From: Thermoproteota archaeon
GTDB lineage: Archaea; Korarchaeota; Korarchaeia; Korarchaeales; Korarchaeaceae
NCBI GenBank assembly: GCA_015522685.1
Contig: WALU01000046.1
Coordinates: 1-13,595 of the forward strand
Direction: 5' to 3'
DNA: 13,595 bases
Part shown: piece after piece, positions 7,676 through 13,595 of the stretch
Layout of the letters: the number at the start of each line of letters is the position of its first letter
Numbering within the stretch: position 1 is the first letter of the stretch
The notes under the pieces: model-generated
Seen by the model: only the letters and a program-made list of their open reading frames with translations
What the model was told of the DNA's origin: nothing
Databases searched by the model: none
Translations under genes and position numbers: made by a program

Positions 7676-8741
7676 AGACTATAATGTATATCCCCAAGAA
7701 TATCAAGAGAATACCATTAATCCTCTCCAGCCACGTCGGATTATTCGTTACTTTTAAGAAAGCACCAGCAGTTCTCTTCGCTAAGTAGAGAGAAATTATT
7801 AACGCAAACGCCATTCCTAGAGATAGGAGAGATATACCTGTTATACCTGCCATTGGTGATCCAATGGCGCTTATAATGGATACATAACCAGCTAGTAGTG
7901 GAAGACTACATTGGAAGGATATTAGGCCAAAGCTGAAGCAGGCAGCTAACAGGCCTGAAGAAAGAAGACCCCTTGTCCTTTGCCCAGGCAGAGGGCAAGA
8001 TCTAGAGGCAGTAAAGATCGCAAGGGAACCGAAAAGTATGGCAGCTATGGCCAAAGCTAAGGTAAGCCCTTTTATCAAATTGGCGACGAAAGAAGCAGCT
8101 ATCACAAGAAGAGATCCTAGAATCACCGTTCCGGCAAAAGAAGATCCTAGGCATGAGGCATAATCTTTCTTTCTCTTGATTCTCCCTACAGTGGCATATG
8201 TAGCGATTATTGGGGCAGAACATGGAGAGAATGCTACTAAGGCTCCTAGAAAGGGAAGAGAGAAAAATGATATTGGTTCCAATTCTCCAACCTTCTTTGT
8301 AGGTGAAGACTGCATAATCCTGAACTTAATCCATCTCCTGAAGTACGAGGCTGGATCCTTCTCTCTCACTGCCCCAACAATTTTATCTACAACTATTCCA
8401 TCCTTCAAGAGAAGGAAGGTAGGGGTCTCAGTCACTCTATATTCTGTGAAGAGACGATCTGTTTTACCTGGTAAAAGAGGTACATCCAAGACCTTTACTC
8501 CTGCAGGTGGCGACTTCTCTATGGACCTCCAATGAGGAAGCATCATCTCACAGGCGGAGCACGTCTCGCTCCAGAACATAACTGCTACGGCTCCCTTCTT
8601 AAGCTGGCTATTCGGCTTAATAGCAGGCATATAAAGAGTCGCTCCATTGCTAGCGAAGGATGCAAGCAAGCCTACTGCTACAGATGTTAGAATTATCGCA
8701 ATCGCTAAAATACTCTGATAGCTTACTCTCACGTATTTCAC
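7668..8741 (-). CDS. ccdA: Membrane-anchored thioredoxin (CcmG/ResA-like) fused to CcdA/DsbD-beta thiol-disulfide transporter
   Basis: N-terminal TM, WSETCSAC (CXXC at 8550-8561) and cis-Pro loop TPTF. Then about 6 TM helices with FSPCSAP and FQCSLP cysteines. The GTG start overlaps the ccmB TGA (GTGA). Confidence 0.85.
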   Translation of the reverse strand: MKYVRVSYQSILAIAIILTSVAVGLLASFASNGATLYMPAIKPNSQLKKGAVAVMFWSETCSACEMMLPHWRSIEKSPPAGVKVLDVPLLPGKTDRLFTEYRVTETPTFLLLKDGIVVDKIVGAVREKDPASYFRRWIKFRIMQSSPTKKVGELEPISFFSLPFLGALVAFSPCSAPIIATYATVGRIKRKKDYASCLGSSFAGTVILGSLLVIAASFVANLIKGLTLALAIAAILFGSLAIFTASRSCPLPGQRTRGLLSSGLLAACFSFGLISFQCSLPLLAGYVSIISAIGSPMAGITGISLLSLGMAFALIISLYLAKRTAGAFLKVTNNPTWLERINGILLIFLGIYIIVFG

Positions 8742-9385
8742 ACCTCCAGAAGATATCTAGCCAGCCAAGAGGCTATCGTGAAGAAGAGAAAGCTCGATAA
8801 AACTATCATTATCACTCCCGAATATTCTTCGGTGGAAAGAAAGTAGAGAGTTTCTTGAATAACCGGTAGACTTAGCACAAGGATTATGGTAGGCATTAAT
8901 ACTCCTCTAGCCCTCAGGAAAACTGATATGGTAGATGATAGAGCTGAAATCACAGATAGATACATGCTTGAAGAGATAGCAAGCAAATATATATAGAAGG
9001 GATCCTCGAGCAAACCTCCAGAAAAAAGCAGGGTTATCACGAAAGATGTGGATATTAGAACCTCCATTAGAATTAGGTTCAATATAAGCTTTCCAAAGAA
9101 AAATATTAGAGACTTGATTGGAGAGAGTTTTATCCCATCAAGTGTTCCTAAATCATCCTCCTTAACTACAGTCATAGCTGAAGTAAATGTAGCTAGGAAG
9201 AGAGCTATTAGCATTAATCCAGTACCAAGAAGGAAAAGAGAACTTTCTATGGGGATTCTACTCAGAGCGAAGCCTAGGAGGCTAGAGGCTGCCACTGAAA
9301 ATATAACAGCACTTCCTAACTCAGAAAGATTACGTATTTCTAGCTTTAGATCCTTCCAAACTATTCTTTTAATCTGAAGAAGCAA
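8738..9385 (-). CDS. ccmB: Haem exporter/ABC permease CcmB
   Basis: WKDLKLEIR start, KEDDLGTLDGIKLSP…FFGK motif, L.P.I.L.L.LPV, six TM helices, downstream of ccmA. Confidence 0.9.
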   Translation of the reverse strand: MLLQIKRIVWKDLKLEIRNLSELGSAVIFSVAASSLLGFALSRIPIESSLFLLGTGLMLIALFLATFTSAMTVVKEDDLGTLDGIKLSPIKSLIFFFGKLILNLILMEVLISTSFVITLLFSGGLLEDPFYIYLLAISSSMYLSVISALSSTISVFLRARGVLMPTIILVLSLPVIQETLYFLSTEEYSGVIMIVLSSFLFFTIASWLARYLLEV

Positions 9386-10001
9386 TTAACATGCCCTCTC
9401 TTAATTCTAATATCCTCGCTCCTAATTCTCTCACATCCGAACTTCGAGGTGAGGTTATAAGCACAGACCTCCTAAATGAGAGCAGCTTCAAGAACAGATC
9501 GGTTAACCACTTCTTTCCATTACTATCCAGTCCCGAGAACGGCTCATCTATAAGTAAAATAGGTGGATCATGCATTAGAGCCCTTATTATATCTACTCTC
9601 CTTCTCCATCCATAACTCAGCTCTGACACTTCTTTATTCATAAACCGTAGAACCCCCAATTCATCCAGTAATTCATCCACCTTAGATAAATTAGGATTTC
9701 CATAAAGCCCTGCATAATACAATAAATTTTCCTTAACAGTTAGATCCCTGTAAAGAAGAGGGGAGTGTGGAACATAACCTAAGGAGAACTTAGCCTCTGG
9801 TTTACGGACATCAATTCCAGATAATAAGACTCTCCCCTTAGATGGTGATGTGAGGCCTGATGCGAGCTTTAAGAGAGTAGTCTTACCAGATCCATTTGGA
9901 CCTACGACTGCAATAAAATCACCGCACTTTAATATTAGATCAATTTTTCTCAGTACATAACCATCGCCGAAACTCTTCCACACGCCCCTGAACTCTAACA
10001 T
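9369..10001 (-). CDS. ccmA: ABC ATPase CcmA
   Basis: Walker A GPNGSGKT, signature LSYGW, Walker B/D-loop LLIDEPFSGLD, located between ccmE and ccmB. Confidence 0.9.
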   Translation of the reverse strand: MLEFRGVWKSFGDGYVLRKIDLILKCGDFIAVVGPNGSGKTTLLKLASGLTSPSKGRVLLSGIDVRKPEAKFSLGYVPHSPLLYRDLTVKENLLYYAGLYGNPNLSKVDELLDELGVLRFMNKEVSELSYGWRRRVDIIRALMHDPPILLIDEPFSGLDSNGKKWLTDLFLKLLSFRRSVLITSPRSSDVRELGARILELREGMLIASSD

Positions 10002-10415
10002 CTAACCACCTGTGGCAGGAGGGGCCTCGTAGGCTTTATGACATCCCTGAAGTATCTCCTCTATCTCCAACTTACCCATTACATTGCCTACCTTAGCAGG
10101 ATAGAATGTTCCCCTAATCACGACCTCCTGATCTACGATGGAATGGGAGGGAGGAGCTCCATATTGACTAATGAATCTACTTAATTCATAAAAAGCATAA
10201 ACTCTATTCCCCTTCTTACCTTGAAGGACGAAGAGTATGAGATTTTTTTCAGGAATGATCCTTGTACTCTCTATAGATGCACGAAGCGTTACCATAGTAG
10301 GCTTCCTATACCTAGACAGCTGAGAAATACTCTCATATGAGCTAGAAGTTATTGTCATGTAGCCAGCCACTAAAATCACTAAGGCTAGGGAGCTGGCCAA
10401 AATGAATCCTCTCAA
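10002..10415 (-). CDS. ccmE: Haem chaperone CcmE, cysteine (CXXXY) variant
   Basis: Single N-terminal TM, OB-fold-like strands (…QEVVIRGTF…), and EILQGCHKAY giving CXXXY at 10029-10043. ATGA overlap with ccmC. Confidence 0.88.
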   Translation of the reverse strand: MRGFILASSLALVILVAGYMTITSSSYESISQLSRYRKPTMVTLRASIESTRIIPEKNLILFVLQGKKGNRVYAFYELSRFISQYGAPPSHSIVDQEVVIRGTFYPAKVGNVMGKLEIEEILQGCHKAYEAPPATGG

Positions 10416-11479
10416 GCTCTCTCCCTTCCTAAAAAATACGCTAGGGATAAGAGAGTTAGAGAGTATATTAAAGCATTCACTGAGTTTCCCCAGTAAGAGA
10501 TAAGCTTTATACTCCTAGCTTTGATCACTCTATCTTGTGTGGTGCCTTCAACGAGAAGCCAATGCTTTTCTAAAGTAAATCTTCTCTTTCCATTCTCCTT
10601 CCCATTCATAGTTACGAATAGGGGATTTATGGGCGGCTTACCGTGATATAATAATATATAATCCTGCTTATATGTGGTCCTCACATTAAGTTTCAAAAAA
10701 TCGTTTTCTATACTTCCTCTCAAAACTTGGACCTTAAAAGTCCCATTGGGATGATCACTTGCTAAGTTAGGAGGGAGTTGTACTGCAACCAATATCATAG
10801 CTACTAGTAGAGTAGGAATTATAGCAGAGATTATTCTTTTATCCCTTCTTGATATCGTAAAATAGGATAAGAAAATGGATTCTATTGCTACAATAAATAC
10901 TCTTGTGATAAAAAGCTCAAGGATCCCTCCTCCCATGAACATTTCTGTCTCAGATGCCGTAGGATGTAGGCTAGGCATTAAGTAGGGAGCTAAGAAACTT
11001 AGAGGTATCGTAGCATAAGCAGCCACAGCAAAGGCCATAGATACTCTTGGCCTTACATTTGGATCCTTTATACTCGATCTAATTGCAAGATATACGAGGA
11101 AAGCTAAGAACATGAAAAGAACTCCGGTTTCTCTAGGATCCCAATTCCATGATGATCCCCAAGATTCAGATGCCCATATTATCCCAGTAACTAAGGTAGA
11201 AAATCCCATCAAAATGCCTGCTAGTATGAACGAGTGGGCTGCTATCTCAAAACGGGATTCTCTCTTAAGAAGATAAACTATAGCAAATAAGAAGCCCAGA
11301 GTAAAGAGAAGGTATGTTGTAATGGATATAGGGACATGAATATATAAACTCCTGTAAGCTGTGGGATTACCTAAAGGAACAATAGAAGGGAAAGGCCCCT
11401 CAATTTGAGAGATAGCCAAAGTTATAGCATCTATTAATGAGAGAAGTACTAAGACTATTATTGTTAATCCCTTACTCAC
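10412..11479 (-). CDS. ccmC: Haem delivery protein CcmC with C-terminal extension (355 aa from GTG 11479; ORF track starts at 11590)
   Basis: YIHVP, WWD motif WGSSWNWDPRET, LHP. GTG 11479 follows GGGGGATG and avoids a 68-bp overlap with the cytochrome b gene. Confidence 0.9.
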   Translation of the reverse strand: MSKGLTIIVLVLLSLIDAITLAISQIEGPFPSIVPLGNPTAYRSLYIHVPISITTYLLFTLGFLFAIVYLLKRESRFEIAAHSFILAGILMGFSTLVTGIIWASESWGSSWNWDPRETGVLFMFLAFLVYLAIRSSIKDPNVRPRVSMAFAVAAYATIPLSFLAPYLMPSLHPTASETEMFMGGGILELFITRVFIVAIESIFLSYFTISRRDKRIISAIIPTLLVAMILVAVQLPPNLASDHPNGTFKVQVLRGSIENDFLKLNVRTTYKQDYILLYHGKPPINPLFVTMNGKENGKRRFTLEKHWLLVEGTTQDRVIKARSIKLISYWGNSVNALIYSLTLLSLAYFLGRERA

Positions 11480-11499
11480 TAGCGCATCCCCCGAAGACA

Positions 11500-11522
11500 A
11501 GTGAAAAGATAGGATGAAAAAA
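11500..11522 (-). terminator. Possible oligo-T terminator/attenuation site between the cytochrome genes and the ccm genes
   Basis: The minus strand reads TAA-TTTTTT-CATCCTATCTTTTCACT right after the cytochrome b stop. This is the only real intergenic gap in the cluster. Confidence 0.35.
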
Positions 11523-12170
11523 TTAAGAGACGGGATCGTCCCTATCGCCAAATACAATAGAACGGAGCATTTTATAAGCCCATGCGGCATATCCGTGAAA
11601 TATTGCAGTAAAGAGAATCATCATAGCTATTATGGAATGTCCTATTCTTGTAGCTATGGCAGCGCCTCCAAATCCTTCAGGGAAGATATACCCCCAAAAT
11701 GCGTTAATATAAGCTAGCTGTTCTGGGAATATTAAACCAAGCCCACTGAACACTATAGCTATGCCCAAGATAAACCAAACCCACCAAACTAGTACTTCTG
11801 TTGGTATTACCTTCTCAATATGGCGTCCACTTTTCTCATCATATCTTATAGGCTCATCAATGTGCTCTCTTAAGAACCAAGCCTTCGTCTCTGCGAAAAA
11901 GTGGTCAAATCCCATACCTATCCTTCTAAGACCATACCAATTATACTCGCCGCTTGCTACAAAGTAGTAAAGGAAGAAGATGGCTGTGGCAGTAAATAAC
12001 AAGCCTGTTACTACATGTATATCTCTAGCTAATCCATACCCTATCAGATCGATGTTTAATGATTTAGAGAGACTAAGACCAGTTATTCCCTGTATAAGAC
12101 CTTCTATTACTATGAGACAATGCATCACTCTGAAGAGAAGCGTATGTCTTACAACATTAACTCTCTTCAT
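11523..12170 (-). CDS. Di-haem cytochrome b membrane subunit (FdnI/HyaC/PhsC-like, Ni_hydr_CYTB type)
   Basis: V.RHTLLFRVMH start typical of the family. Four TM helices with His in VMH, DIH, IGH and IFH. Overlaps the upstream cytochrome c gene by 14 bp. Confidence 0.88.
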   Translation of the reverse strand: MKRVNVVRHTLLFRVMHCLIVIEGLIQGITGLSLSKSLNIDLIGYGLARDIHVVTGLLFTATAIFFLYYFVASGEYNWYGLRRIGMGFDHFFAETKAWFLREHIDEPIRYDEKSGRHIEKVIPTEVLVWWVWFILGIAIVFSGLGLIFPEQLAYINAFWGYIFPEGFGGAAIATRIGHSIIAMMILFTAIFHGYAAWAYKMLRSIVFGDRDDPVS

Positions 12171-13167
12171 GTTCTCCCCTCGCTAGTTTTGTGATCAGAT
12201 GCACACCAATACCTCCTACAGCTGCACCAGTAAGGAACTTGGCCCATGTATCAATAGGCGTACCAAAGGCTGTTTGAAGTTTAGTCCCCGATATATGAGG
12301 TCTCATGTCCTTATGGCAGGATTCGCATTCCAAGAAGCCTCTTTCAAACTGTCCCTGCTCATAGTTCTTCCCTTTGTAGTGGCAAGTTCTACAACCGGCA
12401 GTGTAAGGGGAAAGAGTCACCTTAGAAGCAGCTTCAGGTAAAGCTCCTCTAAGATTTAAGTTCAATAGTTCTACTGCCTTAGCGACCACGTCTCCTGCAA
12501 TCCTCGCGCACCTCTCTGATCTCTCAGGAGAACCACTCGCATAGCCTGAAGTCTCACACCATCTCCCTACAGATACATGGCAGAAGATGGAATGACTAAC
12601 ACTCTGGGGGAGAATCTTATCACTTTTATACTTAGGGACGAGAAACTGATGATTACTTGCATATCTATTACTTATTTCTGTTGGTAATTTCGTCGATTCA
12701 TACCACCTAAATAGGATTTGCCCTATCCTAACCCAATCTTTCTTCTCCTTGGAAACCATTTGGACAGCAGCGCCTGACCCCACTAGGGCTCCACAGCTAC
12801 CTCCCCAACCAAACCCTCCTCCATAACCAAACTGGATCAAAGAGCTCAGCTCTTTCTTCTTCTTGAGGGCGTCAAGTACCTCCTACTTCGAGGGTATGGG
12901 AAGAGTTGTGTATGGAAAACCAACTTTCTCCCTCAGGGCATTTGCTATAGCCCAAAAGCTCCCTCCACCGCACTCGAATGCGTAATAACCTAGATGACCT
13001 AGTTTCCTCGCATATTCTACATCTAGCTCCTCATAGGGCCAAGGGAGCTCCGGGATCTTTGTTCCGCTAGCAGCGGAAAGCTTTATAGAGGGGACCATGC
13101 TACCGACAGCTACGACGGCTAATCCCTTAAGGAAATTCCTTCTACTGACATCCACCAAATAATACAC
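12157..13167 (-). CDS. Tat-exported split-Soret-like (C_GCAxxG_C_C family) dihaem cytochrome c with C-terminal membrane anchor; one in-frame TAG at 12883-12885 (recoded or pseudogene)
   Basis: Track ORFs 12883..13167 and 12157..12840 are in the same frame, joined by 14 sense codons: …PIPSK*EVLDALKKKKELSSLIQFGYGGGFGWGGSCGAL. Tat motif SRRNFLK, LPWPY..LD, Cys motifs ECGGGSF, SCGAL, FCHVSV..WC and ERCAR, CXXCH twice (12379-12393, 12313-12327), hydrophobic C-tail. The true start may be TTG 13158 or GTG 13155. Confidence 0.85.
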
Positions 13168-13190
13168 CCTCGCGGAGCAATCTCACGGTA

Positions 13191-13200
13191 TTTATAAAAA
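13191..13200 (-). promoter_or_regulatory. Archaeal TATA box for the cytochrome/ccm operon
   Basis: TTTTTATAAA on the minus strand, about 24 nt upstream of GTG 13167. GAGGGTG SD-like motif at 13165-13171. Confidence 0.6.
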
Positions 13201-13595
13201 TTCTCTGCCTATCTTGCGTTTTTCGGTGGTTATAAAAAGCATTTTATGCGCTATCGGTTATAACTTAAGCCGTAAAATACAAGGGACTTTGAGGATAAGA
13301 GAAACTCTTTCTTAAGAAAAACTGCGAAAATCTAAATAGAAGTTCTTATAAATAAATAAGGAAAAAATAAATAAATTAAGTAAGATTTTTCAATAAAGCT
13401 CTTGCTTCTAGTTACTACATGGACCAAAACAAGCAAAGTATTGAGGCCTTATGTAAGACCTAAACAAAATAATAAGGCCTGTTTTTCAGTTATGCTATCA
13501 ACAATTGCTGCTGCATTTTGTGCATAATATATGTTAAATATATTCACTTTTCTGGGGGGGGGGAAGGAGCCCATATAGAACTTTTCCCCTTGAGG

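Noticed and set aside
11480-11590. Long ccmC start at 11590
   Set aside because: It overlaps the cytochrome b gene by 68 bp. GTG 11479 has an SD-like motif and gives a normal CcmC N-terminus.
5442-12441. ORFs 5442-5930, 8002-8223, 8176-8535, 9048-9377, 9391-9615, 11514-11717, 11761-11967, 11980-12186 and 12199-12441
   Set aside because: Antisense or alternate-frame shadows within the ccm and cytochrome genes. The Cys richness of 8002-8223 is an off-frame artefact with no CXXCH.
12157-12840. Independent gene starting at TTG 12840
   Set aside because: It starts mid-domain with no export signal or clear SD. It is the 3' part of the 13167 frame.
1-13595. CRISPR array, tRNA/rRNA, transposase or integrase
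   Set aside because: No regularly spaced repeats, cloverleaf or recombinase motifs were seen by eye. A tRNAscan/Infernal run would be needed to exclude small RNAs.

Overview
The window looks archaeal: TATA boxes, GGAGGTG/GGTGA ribosome-binding sites, a CXXXY-type CcmE and sequon-rich exported proteins. Thermoproteota-like is an inference. The right two-thirds (minus strand, about 13167 to 4697) is one tightly coupled cluster: a Tat-signal, membrane-anchored split-Soret-like (C_GCAxxG_C_C family) dihaem cytochrome c, a 4-His cytochrome b, and a System I* maturation set (ccmC, ccmE, ccmA, ccmB, thioredoxin-ccdA fusion, oversized ccmF). The ORF track splits the cytochrome c in two, but it is one reading frame interrupted by a single in-frame TAG followed by two stem-loops. 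That is either recoding/readthrough or a nonsense lesion. The left third holds a truncated ACT(-V4R) gene missing from the ORF track, a secreted helical glycoprotein paired with a membrane-anchored wHTH regulator, a conserved hypothetical gene, and a degenerate-MNT/HEPN pair. No rRNA, tRNA, CRISPR array or transposase was seen.
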